Assembly (NCBI GenBank): GCA_041746255.1
Contig: JBGTHM010000097.1
Coordinates: 29,302 to 93,301, forward strand
Reading direction: 5' to 3'
DNA: 64,000 nt
Source of the DNA: Fibrobacteria bacterium
Lineage (GTDB): Bacteria > Fibrobacterota > Fibrobacteria > UBA11236
The notes below the pieces were generated by a model. That model searched no databases. It was not told the origin of the DNA and was given only the letters and a program-made list of their open reading frames with translations. How positions within the stretch are numbered: position 1 is the first letter of the stretch; the number at the start of each line of letters is the position of its first letter. The translations under genes were made by a program, and so were the position numbers. Of this stretch, positions 47,575 through 58,268 are shown piece after piece.

Positions 47575-48468
47575 CTAATTCACACGAGTCACAATATAAT
47601 TTGCAATCAACTCCAACATACGCCCGTCTATGGGCAGCTTCCGCAATTCGACCTGGGCCTCTTCAATCAATTCCCGCGCTTTTTTCTTCGACTTTTCCAG
47701 ACCCAATACGGCCGGATAGGTGGCTTTTCCACGCTCAATATCGGAGCCGGCATCTTTTCCCAAGGCTTCGGTGGTTTGTTCTACATCCAAGATATCGTCG
47801 ACTATCTGAAAAGCCAGCCCGATTTTACGCCCGAAAAGGCTAAGTCCCGCAATAATCTGGGGAGAAGCTCCCGCCATCTGCGCCCCGATAACCAGCGAAG
47901 CATCGATAAGGGCTGCGGTTTTATGGGTATGGATGAAATTTACGGTTTCCAAATCGACGGCCTTGCCTTCGGACTGGATATCCACCACTTGGCCGCCCAA
48001 CATACCGCGGGTACCCAAGGCATGGGCGATGGTGGCTACGGCCTGCGCATTGCCGGCCTGAGCCAGAATCTCAAAAGCGAAAACACAAAGTGAGTCGCCG
48101 GCCAATACGGCCAGGGCTTCCCCGAATACTTTGTGGCTGGTGGGTTGTCCCCGACGGAAGTCGTCGTTGTCCATGCAGGGCAAATCGTCGTGAATCAGGC
48201 TGAAAGTATGGAACATCTCCAACGCTGCTCCGGCCAGCCAAATGGATTCTCCCTCTCCTCGACAGGCTTCGAAGGCGGCCAGCGCCAAAGCGGGGCGTAA
48301 ACGTTTTCCACCGGCAAAAACGGAATAACGAACCGCCTTATGGAGGTCCGAAGGAGCTTCGGATTCGGCTGGAAGGTATTTCTCCAACGCGGCGTTCACC
48401 TGAAGTGAAGCTTGCTTGAGATACTCTTCTACCGTGATACTGTCGCTGGGCGTGTCGGTGACCATCAC
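47575..48468 (-). CDS. ispA: Polyprenyl (farnesyl/geranylgeranyl) diphosphate synthase
   Basis: GGKRLRP, SLIHDDLPCMDNDDFRRG, KT, FQIVDDILD, GKDAGSD. Confidence 0.93.
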   Translation of the reverse strand: MMVTDTPSDSITVEEYLKQASLQVNAALEKYLPAESEAPSDLHKAVRYSVFAGGKRLRPALALAAFEACRGEGESIWLAGAALEMFHTFSLIHDDLPCMDNDDFRRGQPTSHKVFGEALAVLAGDSLCVFAFEILAQAGNAQAVATIAHALGTRGMLGGQVVDIQSEGKAVDLETVNFIHTHKTAALIDASLVIGAQMAGASPQIIAGLSLFGRKIGLAFQIVDDILDVEQTTEALGKDAGSDIERGKATYPAVLGLEKSKKKARELIEEAQVELRKLPIDGRMLELIANYIVTRVN

Positions 48469-48517
48469 TTGCTTGCAAAGATACTAACTAATAGGGTTTC
48501 CTGGTGTCGGTTATACA

Positions 48518-49411
48518 CTAGGAATGAGGGCTAAAAGCCGCTTTTTCGGCTGAAAGGACCGTATTGGAGAGCAGCATGGCTATGGTCATGGGTCCCACTC
48601 CACCCGGTACCGGGGTGATATAGGAAGCTTTGGCGGCTACCGAAGGAAAATCCAGGTCGCCCACCAATCGGAAGCCGCTTTTCGATTCGGGACTGGAGAC
48701 GCGGTTGATACCTACATCCACGGCAATTACCCCGGGTTTGACCATTTCTCCCGTTATCGCCCCGGCGCTTCCCAGCGCAGCGATAAGAATATCCGCCTGT
48801 CGGGTGAAATAAGCCAAATCGGGGGTGGCGCTATGACAAACCGTCACGGTGGCATTGGCGGCTTCACCCTTCTGGAAAAGCAGATTGGCCAGGGGCTTGC
48901 CGACAATATTCGACCTCCCCACGATGACCACGTGCTTACCTGCAGGAGAAAGGCCGTAGGCCCGTAACAATTCCTGCACTCCCCAGGGTGTGCAGGGTTT
49001 GAATCCCGACCGACCCAGCATCAGATTACCCAGATTGGTGGGATGGAAGCCGTCGACATCCTTCTCAAAGGATATCAAATCGAGCAGTTTTTCTTCGTGC
49101 AAATGCCGGGGCAGGGGCAGTTGCAGTAAGATGCCATGTACCGATTCGTCGCGGTTCTGGGCCATCAGGTGCTCAGACAACTCCCTTTCATCGATATCGG
49201 CGGCCAGCAAATGGGTATGGGCGATAATACCGACATCGCGGGCGGCGGCATCTTTTTGCGCGACGTACACTTTGGAAGCCGGGTTATCCCCCACCAGGGT
49301 CACGCTTAATCCGGGAGCGGGAAATCCCTTCGCGGTCAAGGCCTGGACGCGCGTACGCAAACCTTCCCTTAGGCCTAAGGCTGTCCTTTTCCCATCCAAA
49401 ATTTCAGCCAT
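48518..49411 (-). CDS. folD: Methylenetetrahydrofolate dehydrogenase/cyclohydrolase
   Basis: QLPLP, KDVDG, PCTPWG, GRSNIVGKP, TPVPGGVGPMT. Confidence 0.98.
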   Translation of the reverse strand: MAEILDGKRTALGLREGLRTRVQALTAKGFPAPGLSVTLVGDNPASKVYVAQKDAAARDVGIIAHTHLLAADIDERELSEHLMAQNRDESVHGILLQLPLPRHLHEEKLLDLISFEKDVDGFHPTNLGNLMLGRSGFKPCTPWGVQELLRAYGLSPAGKHVVIVGRSNIVGKPLANLLFQKGEAANATVTVCHSATPDLAYFTRQADILIAALGSAGAITGEMVKPGVIAVDVGINRVSSPESKSGFRLVGDLDFPSVAAKASYITPVPGGVGPMTIAMLLSNTVLSAEKAAFSPHS

Positions 49412-49542
49412 GCCTAACCCTCTTCGCCCACTTTATTGCCTGCTGCTTGGGGGCGAAATAGTAATAAAAATTGAATGTCCCCTTTCCGCATCCGCTTTTA
49501 GACTCGGGTAAAAACCCCCTTCCTTTGTGTAGTCTTAGTATT

Positions 49543-51309
49543 ATGTGTACCGTGAAAAACCGTCTCCGGATCGCCCTACCGATTCTACTGGGTCTCATCG
49601 GACTGGGAAAGGCCATGGGCGGCAAATGCGGAACGGCGCGGATTTTTGAGCTCAAGCCGGGAATCTGGAGCGGCACTTCATTTCGAACTCTCGCAACACC
49701 GCAACTCCATGCCCGTACCTTGGAGTCGGAACATTTCGCTTTTAATTACACCTTGGGAGGAATCAACGGCGCCAAAATTGTGGATGAAGACGCCGGGCTG
49801 GTCGTCTTAATCGACTCCCTTTTCGCCAAACACCAATCCCTGCCCGCCGGTTCCCGCGATTCCGCCGTTTACGCGGACCTCGATCAGGTGGGAGCGCCGC
49901 ACCCCCGTTTTATAGAAAAGCAGCGCCAGTATTTCGAGCAGGCCTGGGGCTATTATGTCGAAACCCTTAAGATGAAGGCGCCCAAAACCCGGCTATCTTC
50001 CTTCCGGTACCGCGTAAGGAAACCCGCATCGGGCAAGTTCGCGGTGGATATCGGGGATATCGGAACCCTGTATCCCGACTTTTATGGGAGCGAAACCTAC
50101 GGCATAACCTATCCTCCCCCTGATCTCTCCATTGCCATGGAAAACGATTTCATTTACAGCGCCTATCTCGATTCCCAAGGCCGGGTGGCGGGAAGCAGCA
50201 TACAGAGCCGATTGCAAGGAAAAGTGATTCGCGATTATCCGGTTGAATGGGAATTGGGAATCAAAGTCACGGCCTTCCATGAGTTTTATCACGCCATTCA
50301 ATTTTCCTATGTTCCTTTTCCCAGCGGGGGTTACCATAGCTGGTACGAAATTTCGGCAGTGGGAATGGAAGAGCGTCTGGCACCCGAGGTGAACGACTAC
50401 CTGCAATACCTTCCCTGCATTTTCGCGAACCATGCCAAGACCTCCATGATACCCGGACCGAGGCAACCGCCGGCCGGTTGCAACCAGTATCCGGTATACG
50501 GCCATGGACTGTTCCATATGTATTTGGGCTGGGCCCTGGACGAGCGCTTCGACGTCGCGGTTTGGGACAGGCTCGGTAAAAACGGAGACGACCTGCCGGG
50601 GGCCCTGGGGGTCATGCTGTCGCAATATGGGAGTTCCCTGACCCAGGTTTACCCGGAATACGCCTCGCATCTGATTGCGTCGCGCGAAGACATCCCGGAA
50701 CCTTTACCGCTTTTCAGCGACGATGTCGCGCAATGGCCCCGGCATCCGGTAAGGGTGCTCGATCTCGGCCCCATGTCGGCCCTTCCCTACCGGCAAACCC
50801 TGCCCCCGCTGGCCTTTGAGGCCATCCGCCTCGATGAGGGCGACGGGATGGCACTAGCCGCTACCCTTGAGAGCGATTCGGCAGTGGGAATCCTATTGCT
50901 GGCCGGCGGAGACAGCTCGCAATTCATCCACCCGGGAGGGCTCCATTTCAGCATAGCCAGGGCGAAACCGCCGCTCTCGAAGCGCTATTTGATCGTGGCA
51001 AATGCCTCGCTGTCGGAAAGTGCCGCCTTTTCCCTGATGGCAATACCGCCTGGCTTTTTCGCTTACCCTAACCCCGTGACCCGGGCCAGAGGGGCTCTGC
51101 AATTCGCATTGCCCTTCGACCATACCTTTCCTTTTACGGTGGACTTACTGGCAGAAAACGGAAAGGCCGTGCGTTCCCTGACATTCACGTCGAATCAGGA
51201 GGAAATCAAGTGGGATTTGCGCGATGGAGCGGGCAAAGCGGTGGCCCCAGGGGTGTATTACTACCGACTTGACAATAAACCGCTGGTCCCGGTGCTTGTC
51301 ACGCCATAA
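49543..51309 (+). CDS. Secreted zinc metalloprotease-like protein with a C-terminal FlgD/T9SS-type Ig domain
   Basis: KCGT after the signal peptide; TAFHEFYHAIQ...WYEISAVGMEE; AYPNP...WDLRDGAGKAVAPGVYYY. Confidence 0.78.
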   Translation: MCTVKNRLRIALPILLGLIGLGKAMGGKCGTARIFELKPGIWSGTSFRTLATPQLHARTLESEHFAFNYTLGGINGAKIVDEDAGLVVLIDSLFAKHQSLPAGSRDSAVYADLDQVGAPHPRFIEKQRQYFEQAWGYYVETLKMKAPKTRLSSFRYRVRKPASGKFAVDIGDIGTLYPDFYGSETYGITYPPPDLSIAMENDFIYSAYLDSQGRVAGSSIQSRLQGKVIRDYPVEWELGIKVTAFHEFYHAIQFSYVPFPSGGYHSWYEISAVGMEERLAPEVNDYLQYLPCIFANHAKTSMIPGPRQPPAGCNQYPVYGHGLFHMYLGWALDERFDVAVWDRLGKNGDDLPGALGVMLSQYGSSLTQVYPEYASHLIASREDIPEPLPLFSDDVAQWPRHPVRVLDLGPMSALPYRQTLPPLAFEAIRLDEGDGMALAATLESDSAVGILLLAGGDSSQFIHPGGLHFSIARAKPPLSKRYLIVANASLSESAAFSLMAIPPGFFAYPNPVTRARGALQFALPFDHTFPFTVDLLAENGKAVRSLTFTSNQEEIKWDLRDGAGKAVAPGVYYYRLDNKPLVPVLVTP

Positions 51310-51327
51310 ATAGGGCGTGATAAAGCC

Positions 51328-53553
51328 TCACCCACCCAGAATCGAATCCATGCGCTCGCGAGCCAGGCGAAGTTTGATCTCCGCCAATCTCTGGGAGGCC
51401 TTGTCGAGAAAAACCTGCCTGCCGGTAATATGATCCAGCAGCTTCTGGTGCAAATCTTCGGGGAGGGCTTCATCGAAAAGTGTTTTTATTTCGGACATAT
51501 AACCCAGTTCGAAGCCTCTCCTCCAACCTGAGGGTAGGCTGATGTGGGTGGGAGAGGGGATGAGATGCCGCTGTGCGTGCTTTTGTTGTATCGCGAGATA
51601 ATGGGCTTGCAGCGAGTCTTCCCAGACGGGAGGCAGGGGATTCAATCGGCGAACCAGGGTGGCCGGGTCATTGAAAGGTGTCCGTCCCATTTGCTCGCGG
51701 TAGATAAGCAGATAGGCGAGAAATTTTCCATAGGGATCGTCGACCTCGTCGGAACCGTTGCTTTGAGCTACATCCTGGAGTAAAAGGATTTCGGCGACCA
51801 CTCGCAGCAAAGCGACGTCCAATCCATCGCCTTCGTCGCCGTTGGAGTATTCCCTTCCCGCGCCGGCCTGTCTGGTCGAGTCCCGCTCCAGATATACGGT
51901 TGCCGCTGAATCGCTATGCGCGATGCTTCCGTTCAGGTGATCCTTGACTCGATCCGCGAGTCGAAAACGCGTAGAGTGAAGTACGGGTTCAAATCCATAT
52001 AAGGCTCCGAGTAAAGCTTCCAGAGAGGAAAACAGCCCGGCCTGCCCTCCCGCCAGCTTATCTTCGAGCCGTTCCCAGTCCTCGCTGCGAATTTGCAGGC
52101 GTTCCCGGGTTTCCTCATCCTGGAAAAGCCGGGCCAACCGGCTTACGCAACGGCTGCCGGGGGGTGTCAAGCCATAGAGCATACAAGTATCCAGGGATCG
52201 CACAACGGCCAATTGCGCCACCAAATTTCGAAATGCCGGCGATTTGGATGTAAGCCGCCTGCGTATCCCATCCACCAAATCGTCCCACTCAGTGAGATAG
52301 GGACCATAATCGGCGGTTTGAAATTCGACGGCGCCTTCCGCAATCACGGGTCGCAAGTTGGATGCTTCGGCCCGTTCGACTTGTCTATCCTCGTTGATGC
52401 GCATGGCCGAACGTCGCTCTTCCCGCAACAGCCGGTTGAAATTGTGAAGAATTTTCTGGATTTGCAAATCCTTGTGCGTATCCTGAATCTGCACCTGATG
52501 CAGCAAAGCATCGCCCAGAGTACTGATGCCGGCCATGAGGTCGGAGCGGTTCCGGCCATCCTTGGCCAGACGATATCCCCCCGCCAACACCATTTCCAAA
52601 GCCGTGAGATTCTGCGAACCCAACCGGTAGCTCTGCCGGGACAAGGAATCGGGTATCAGTAAAGTATGGTCGGAGGAGGTTGAGGCGATGTCGCGCAACC
52701 AATTCAACAAGTCTTCGTGGTAAAGCCCGCCTTCATCCAGCACCAGGTCGGTAAGCAGGGTCAAAGTGGGATTGGTAACGCTTCGATTGGCCAGTACGGC
52801 GCGGGCGGCCAGGAAAACATCCATGGGTCCGAGTTGGAAGGCGCCTCCCTTTCCACCCCGGCTATCGGAATTGAAATCGCCCGCCAGTTCGATAACCCGC
52901 AACAATACGCCTATGCCGGCGGACGAGGCTTCCTGCATGTTACCTATGAGAGGGAGACGGGCGGCCCGCGCCACCAGGCGGAACAAATCGGCCAGGGCCC
53001 GTTGCGATTGGGGGTTCTGGGATTGCGATAAAGCCTGATACCGGTTAATGAGGCTTGCATCGAATATCTCGCCTTCACCGCGGCCTACGGTTGCCCGGCG
53101 GCCAAAAGCGTGAAAGGTGTTTTTTTCGGAAGAAGTGACATGCGTCTGACCGGTTTGATCCAAATCGGCGGCCATACGCAACAATCCCAAATAGGCGCCC
53201 ACTTCGTATTCGGGGGCGTGCGAACGTAATTTTCCTTCCACATCCCAGATGAATTGATGCGACAGCAGATCTTGACGGCGGCCGAATTGCTCGCGCCTCA
53301 AGTAAATGAACTTATAGATATCGTCGTCGAGCTTGTTCAATTCCTCACGGCTATCCTGCGAAGGCCGCACATAATCGAGCTTGGCATCCGGTCGCAACAA
53401 GGAGCGCTGCCGATAGCGCGGGCCCGTTGCCATTCCCGACTCGCGCGGATCGAGTTGGTAGGGCGTAATTTCTCCTCGGCTGGAAAAACGGGCGATTTGC
53501 TGGATGATGTCCTGGGTTTCTTTTGCGCTGATGGCCACGAATGCAAAACTCAC
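51328..53553 (-). CDS. Large hypothetical alpha-helical protein
   Basis: 741-aa open frame occupying its own space; no recognisable motif. Confidence 0.65.
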   Translation of the reverse strand: MSFAFVAISAKETQDIIQQIARFSSRGEITPYQLDPRESGMATGPRYRQRSLLRPDAKLDYVRPSQDSREELNKLDDDIYKFIYLRREQFGRRQDLLSHQFIWDVEGKLRSHAPEYEVGAYLGLLRMAADLDQTGQTHVTSSEKNTFHAFGRRATVGRGEGEIFDASLINRYQALSQSQNPQSQRALADLFRLVARAARLPLIGNMQEASSAGIGVLLRVIELAGDFNSDSRGGKGGAFQLGPMDVFLAARAVLANRSVTNPTLTLLTDLVLDEGGLYHEDLLNWLRDIASTSSDHTLLIPDSLSRQSYRLGSQNLTALEMVLAGGYRLAKDGRNRSDLMAGISTLGDALLHQVQIQDTHKDLQIQKILHNFNRLLREERRSAMRINEDRQVERAEASNLRPVIAEGAVEFQTADYGPYLTEWDDLVDGIRRRLTSKSPAFRNLVAQLAVVRSLDTCMLYGLTPPGSRCVSRLARLFQDEETRERLQIRSEDWERLEDKLAGGQAGLFSSLEALLGALYGFEPVLHSTRFRLADRVKDHLNGSIAHSDSAATVYLERDSTRQAGAGREYSNGDEGDGLDVALLRVVAEILLLQDVAQSNGSDEVDDPYGKFLAYLLIYREQMGRTPFNDPATLVRRLNPLPPVWEDSLQAHYLAIQQKHAQRHLIPSPTHISLPSGWRRGFELGYMSEIKTLFDEALPEDLHQKLLDHITGRQVFLDKASQRLAEIKLRLARERMDSILGG

Positions 53554-53752
53554 TTTCGGAAAATGCCGGACCCCCCAAAAGATACTAGCACCGACCCGAA
53601 AATGTCCTGTTACCCGGGGTAAAGGGGCCTGCGGTCTAGTCGAATTGGCAAAGTACCGCTGCGAAGGCTAATTTTGGATTTTTTTCCCTCAACCACCGCC
53701 CCGGCCCGCAACAACTCCCTGCCGGCTGCGGCCCATAGGACGGACGCCACTC

Positions 53753-54808
53753 ATGATTATCCCTCTTCGGCCTCGCCTCAGCGATTCGGAATTCAAGGAA
53801 TTGGAAGACATCGCTTCCGCCTTCAAAGTGCGCATCCAACCCATACATGGGGCCGAGCGTTCGATTTATGCCATTTTGGGAGACGAAACCTCCCAGCTGA
53901 TGCTCAACCGCATCGAAGGCCTAGCCTATATCGATCGCATCGATAGGATTCAAGTTCCCTTTAAGTTGATGTCGCGGGAAAGCAGTCTTTCGAACCATCG
54001 GGTGCGCGTGGGTAAACGTCTTTTGGGGCGCGATTTCGCGGTGGTTGCCGGGCATTGCACCATCGATCCCGCTGAGAAACAGCTTTTCTTCGAATCCGCG
54101 CATGCCATCAAGGAAGCGGGTGCGGATATGTTACGGGGAGGCGTATGGAAGCCGCGCACCTCGCCTCATTCTTTCCAAGGCGACGCGAAAAGCCTGGAAA
54201 TTTTAATTGAAGCGAAAGAACGCACCGGAATGCCGGTCAATACCGAGGTCATGGATTTCGAGCAACTCAAGCTTTGCGTGGAAGCGGGGGTAAACAGTCT
54301 GCAAATCGGAGCGCGCAGCGCCTTGAATTACCGGCTCCTGCAACAAGTGGGGGATTTGACGCGCGACACCGCCATCAACGTGCTGCTCAAGCGCAGCATG
54401 CATATGGGAAACCCGACGGAGTTCATACTCGCCGCCGAATATGTGGTGGCCCAGGGCAATCCCAACGTCATCCTCTGCCCACGCGGCACTCTCCCCACCA
54501 TGGAAGGCTATCGCAACCATCCCGACGAAAGCATAACCGTGCTGCTCAAGGAAAAAACCTGGGCGCCCGTCATGGTCGATCCTTCGCATAGCGTAGGCAA
54601 GGCGACCTATGTGCCGTTCGCCTGCCTGGCGGCGGCGGGATACGGGGCGGACGGTTTGGTGATCGAAACCCATTGCAACCCGATCAAGGGAATCGGAGAC
54701 GACCCCAAGCAAGCGGTGACACCCGACGTGCTGGCCCAAATCATCAAGGACGCGCGCGAAATCCACGCCATGGCCGCGCGCCATCGCGCCAAGCAGACCC
54801 TGGCATGA
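53753..54808 (+). CDS. aroF: DAHP synthase type I-beta with an N-terminal regulatory domain
   Basis: AGHCT, RGGVWKPRTS, QIGAR, LLKR, DPSHSVG, GADGLVIETH. Confidence 0.87.
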   Translation: MIIPLRPRLSDSEFKELEDIASAFKVRIQPIHGAERSIYAILGDETSQLMLNRIEGLAYIDRIDRIQVPFKLMSRESSLSNHRVRVGKRLLGRDFAVVAGHCTIDPAEKQLFFESAHAIKEAGADMLRGGVWKPRTSPHSFQGDAKSLEILIEAKERTGMPVNTEVMDFEQLKLCVEAGVNSLQIGARSALNYRLLQQVGDLTRDTAINVLLKRSMHMGNPTEFILAAEYVVAQGNPNVILCPRGTLPTMEGYRNHPDESITVLLKEKTWAPVMVDPSHSVGKATYVPFACLAAAGYGADGLVIETHCNPIKGIGDDPKQAVTPDVLAQIIKDAREIHAMAARHRAKQTLA

Positions 54809-56025
54809 GCGGATCGGAAAGCGACATTTCCTTCGACGATTTGCTACCCGCCCAATACAGCTCCGCCTTGCAGCGTTTGCAGTTCACCCTTCCGACGCGT
54901 GTGCAACGTGAAGCCCTGCCCAAAGCCTGGCGCGGCGAATCGCTGTTCGCCATCGCGCCTACGGGTACGGGAAAAACCCTGGTCTACCTGCTTCCTTTAT
55001 GGCGTCAAGCCCTGGAGGAGACGGGGCGGGCGCTGGTAGTCGTGCCTACGCGGGAGTTGGCCTACCAGGTCTCGCAAATGCTTTCGCAATTGCACCCTTC
55101 GCTGCGCGACGAAACGGCCTTGGCCATTGGCGGCCACCCTCTGGAAAAGCAACAAGAGAGGTTGGCCCACAAGTGGAGTATTTTATTGGCCACCCCCGGC
55201 AGGCTCATTGAACTTTTGGAAGCCGGAATGGTTCGCACCGAACGCATCAAGTTGTTGGTTTTGGACGAATTCGATAAACTCATCTCCATGGGATTTTCCG
55301 AACAGATTGAAGTCCTTTTAAAACACCTGCCGGGCGCCCGGCAAAGGCTTTGCTTTTCCGCCACCGCCGCCGATGCGGGTTTAGCCGAGCGACTGGGGTT
55401 GGAAAATATTCCCGTGCTTCAAATAGCAGCCGATACCGGCGTAAGCGCGATGGAAGAACGCGTGTATTTTTTGAAAACCGCGCGCACCAAGCAAAAACTG
55501 CTGCTGGAAGCGCTGGCGGAAAACCCGGGTCAAGCTTTGGTGTTTGTCCGCAATCGTGAGAAGGCCAATCACCTGCATGGCCTTTTGCGCTTGCGCAAAA
55601 TCAACACCGCCGTTTTGCACGGGCATTTGGACCAGAAGGAGCGGGCGCGGGTTTTTCAAAGTTTCCGCGACGGAAAACTTCCCGTGCTGATCGCCACCGA
55701 TTTGGCGGGGCGGGGATTGGATATTACCCAGGTCTCCCTCATCGTGAACTACGACGTGCCGCAAAACTATAAGGATTACCTGCACCGCGTGGGACGCACG
55801 GCCAGGGCGGGACGCTCCGGCACCGCACTTACCTTCGGCGCCCCAGACGAATATATTCCCATGCGCAATCTCTGCGATGGCTATCCTGGAGAAATTCCGA
55901 CCCACCCATCGTACGCGCAAAAGGATATTTGGTTTATCGCCGCCAAGCGCAAGCACGACGCCGAGGTCAAGAGCGAACAGCGCGCCGAAGCCATACGCCG
56001 GGAGCAGGGTTTAAGCGAGGGATAA
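54805..56025 (+). CDS. DEAD-box RNA helicase
   Basis: Q motif, APTGTGKT, PTRELA, GG, TPGRL, DEFD, SAT, HRVGRTAR; ATGA overlap with aroF. Confidence 0.93.
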   Translation: MSGSESDISFDDLLPAQYSSALQRLQFTLPTRVQREALPKAWRGESLFAIAPTGTGKTLVYLLPLWRQALEETGRALVVVPTRELAYQVSQMLSQLHPSLRDETALAIGGHPLEKQQERLAHKWSILLATPGRLIELLEAGMVRTERIKLLVLDEFDKLISMGFSEQIEVLLKHLPGARQRLCFSATAADAGLAERLGLENIPVLQIAADTGVSAMEERVYFLKTARTKQKLLLEALAENPGQALVFVRNREKANHLHGLLRLRKINTAVLHGHLDQKERARVFQSFRDGKLPVLIATDLAGRGLDITQVSLIVNYDVPQNYKDYLHRVGRTARAGRSGTALTFGAPDEYIPMRNLCDGYPGEIPTHPSYAQKDIWFIAAKRKHDAEVKSEQRAEAIRREQGLSEG

Positions 56026-56772
56026 ACGGGTAGACGCCATGCCTAAATAAGCCCGGCGTTGCGGTTCCGGAAATTTTTCGATGGCGTAGCGGAGCATGGT
56101 GCGCGGCATACACGCTGCGTGCTCGTCCAGGAAGGTTCGCAAAGTTTTTCGGTCGCGCTGCCCGATTTCCCGCAACATCCAACCCACGGCTTTATGGATG
56201 AGGTCTTCCTTGTCGTCGCGCAATAGGCGGGCGATACGGAGAGCGGTTGCAGACTCGCCCGCGCGGATGGCATAAAAGCAGGCGAGCATGGCAATGCGCC
56301 GGTCCCACATCCTTTTGGAGCGTGCCATTTTAACGAGCACCTTTTCGCCCCGGGTTTGGGAAGCGACGGTTGGTTGTCCAAGCAGGTGGCCACCCACAAT
56401 GGCGGGCGCGGAAGAATCCACCAAGTCCCAATTGTTGACATACGCTTTGTTGTCGATATAGAGTTGGAAAATTTGCTCGCGGCTTTGGTTGTCACCCTTG
56501 CGGTATTGCTCTACCAGAATGAGAAGAGCGAGCAGCCTTTCTTCGTGATGACGCGACCTCAGCAATTTTATTAAGGGTGGACCGGAAAGGAAGCGAAACT
56601 CGCGCCCCACTTTACGGATTTTGGGTACCGTGACTCCGAGAAAAGAATCCCCTTCGCCGTATTCCCCTTTGCCGGTTTTAAAAAAACGGGGAAAGAACGC
56701 CGCCTTTACCGGGTCGGCGTTTTTTAAAAGCTGGGTATGGATTTCGGTATAGTTGGGGCCGGCCACGTCCAC
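56011..56772 (-). CDS. AlkD-family DNA alkylation repair protein
   Basis: FFKTGKGEYGEGD, NNWDLVD, WDRRIA, HKAVGWMLRE, RTMLRYAIEK. Confidence 0.92.
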   Translation of the reverse strand: MDVAGPNYTEIHTQLLKNADPVKAAFFPRFFKTGKGEYGEGDSFLGVTVPKIRKVGREFRFLSGPPLIKLLRSRHHEERLLALLILVEQYRKGDNQSREQIFQLYIDNKAYVNNWDLVDSSAPAIVGGHLLGQPTVASQTRGEKVLVKMARSKRMWDRRIAMLACFYAIRAGESATALRIARLLRDDKEDLIHKAVGWMLREIGQRDRKTLRTFLDEHAACMPRTMLRYAIEKFPEPQRRAYLGMASTRLSLA

Positions 56773-56793
56773 ACCTTCAGTTAGCTCGCGGTC

Positions 56794-57519
56794 CTATTGG
56801 CCTTCGGCCTTGCGCATGAGTCCCACGAAATAGTTGAACGATCTATCCTGTGCCAACCGTCCGTTGACAAATAAAGTAGGTGTACCCTGCACCCCCAACT
56901 TTCGGCCCAGCTCCATATCGGCTTCGATGATTTCACTGATTTCGGGAGTCAACACCATATCGGATTTGAACTTTTGCATATCCAGACCCATTTGCCCGGC
57001 CAACGCCAGGTAAAGCGAATCGCCCAACGTACGAAAATGCGGAGCCACGAGATAACGGAATTCGAAAAACCGTCCCTGTTTTCCCGCAACCAAGGCCGCC
57101 GCAGCCGCGCCCGGCGCCTGGGGATGGAAGCTCAAGGGAAAGTTCTTGAAGACCACCCGGATTTTTTGTGGATACGTCTTGGTGAGCGAATCGAGGATAG
57201 GAGCGATTTGCGCGCAATAGGGGCATTGCAAATCGGTAAATTCCACGATAGTCAATACCGGATTGGCAGCCCCATCCACAGGTGAGTTACCAATAGGGAT
57301 TATCTGAGCGGAGGTATCGGGAGGCGGTTGCCATCCCATACGGGTGGCCATGAAATCATTTTTATCCTGCATGCCCTCCAGGAGGGTGATCAAGGCATCT
57401 TGCTTGGACTCAATGGTTTGCAAGCGGGCTTCGAGTTTATGGAAATCTTTCTCCGAACCGGCGCAACCGAAAAGGAGGACCGAACAGACCAAAATCAGAA
57501 AATGCGGGATACTCAACAT
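56794..57519 (-). CDS. DsbA-family thioredoxin lipoprotein
   Basis: LFGC lipobox; EFTDLQCPYC, cis-Pro GTPT. Confidence 0.9.
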   Translation of the reverse strand: MLSIPHFLILVCSVLLFGCAGSEKDFHKLEARLQTIESKQDALITLLEGMQDKNDFMATRMGWQPPPDTSAQIIPIGNSPVDGAANPVLTIVEFTDLQCPYCAQIAPILDSLTKTYPQKIRVVFKNFPLSFHPQAPGAAAAALVAGKQGRFFEFRYLVAPHFRTLGDSLYLALAGQMGLDMQKFKSDMVLTPEISEIIEADMELGRKLGVQGTPTLFVNGRLAQDRSFNYFVGLMRKAEGQ

Positions 57520-57617
57520 ATACTCTCCAAGTGTGGAAAAAATTAGGTCGCAGCTTGAATTTACATATCTTTAACTTGGAAGCCACCGTCATTGGTGCGT
57601 TTAAAACAGGAGAAAAC

Positions 57618-58268
57618 ATGCAGAAGTTGAAATTATCCCCGGTAAATTCCTTGGCCCTGATGGGCGTTGTCGTATCCCTGGGTCTCTCTCTGAGCCACGG
57701 AGCGATTTCCTTTGGGGCCGGGTTGAAAGGCGGAGTCAATTTCGGAAATGCCGCGGCTGAAACCGCGAACGGGGATGAAGTAGACATCGAAGCAGGGCGT
57801 CTCGGTCTGGCAGCCGGCGGCTTCGTTGAGTTCGGCGTCACCAGCCCCTTCAGCCTGGTGGTGGAAGCTTTGTATACCCAAACCGGCGCGAAAACCGAAA
57901 TCGCCTCGGTTAACGGCGAAGCTGAGCTCAGTTATTTGGAATTTCCAATTCTAGTCAAAGCAAAATTTGGGAGAAAAGACCTTCACGCCTATGTGTTTGC
58001 CGGTCCAAATATCGGGTTCAATCTGACGGCGGAAGCCACATTCGCCGGAGTTACCTTTAACGATGAAGATAATTTCACCTCTATTAATTTTGCCGGTGAT
58101 ATCGGGGTGGGCGCCTCGGCCCAAGTCGCCCCCTTTGTTTTTCTTGTTGCCGACGCCCGCTATTCCCATGGCTTTTCCAACATAATTGATGAATCCTTAG
58201 TTTTAAATAATTACATGACCCGCGACATCAAGTTGATGGTCGGCGTGCTCTTCCACCTGACCGAGTAA
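57618..58268 (+). CDS. Outer-membrane beta-barrel (porin family, OMP_b-brl_2-like)
   Basis: AGGAG RBS; GLKGGVN, LSYLEFPILVK, YVFAGP, DARYSHG. Confidence 0.85.
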   Translation: MQKLKLSPVNSLALMGVVVSLGLSLSHGAISFGAGLKGGVNFGNAAAETANGDEVDIEAGRLGLAAGGFVEFGVTSPFSLVVEALYTQTGAKTEIASVNGEAELSYLEFPILVKAKFGRKDLHAYVFAGPNIGFNLTAEATFAGVTFNDEDNFTSINFAGDIGVGASAQVAPFVFLVADARYSHGFSNIIDESLVLNNYMTRDIKLMVGVLFHLTE

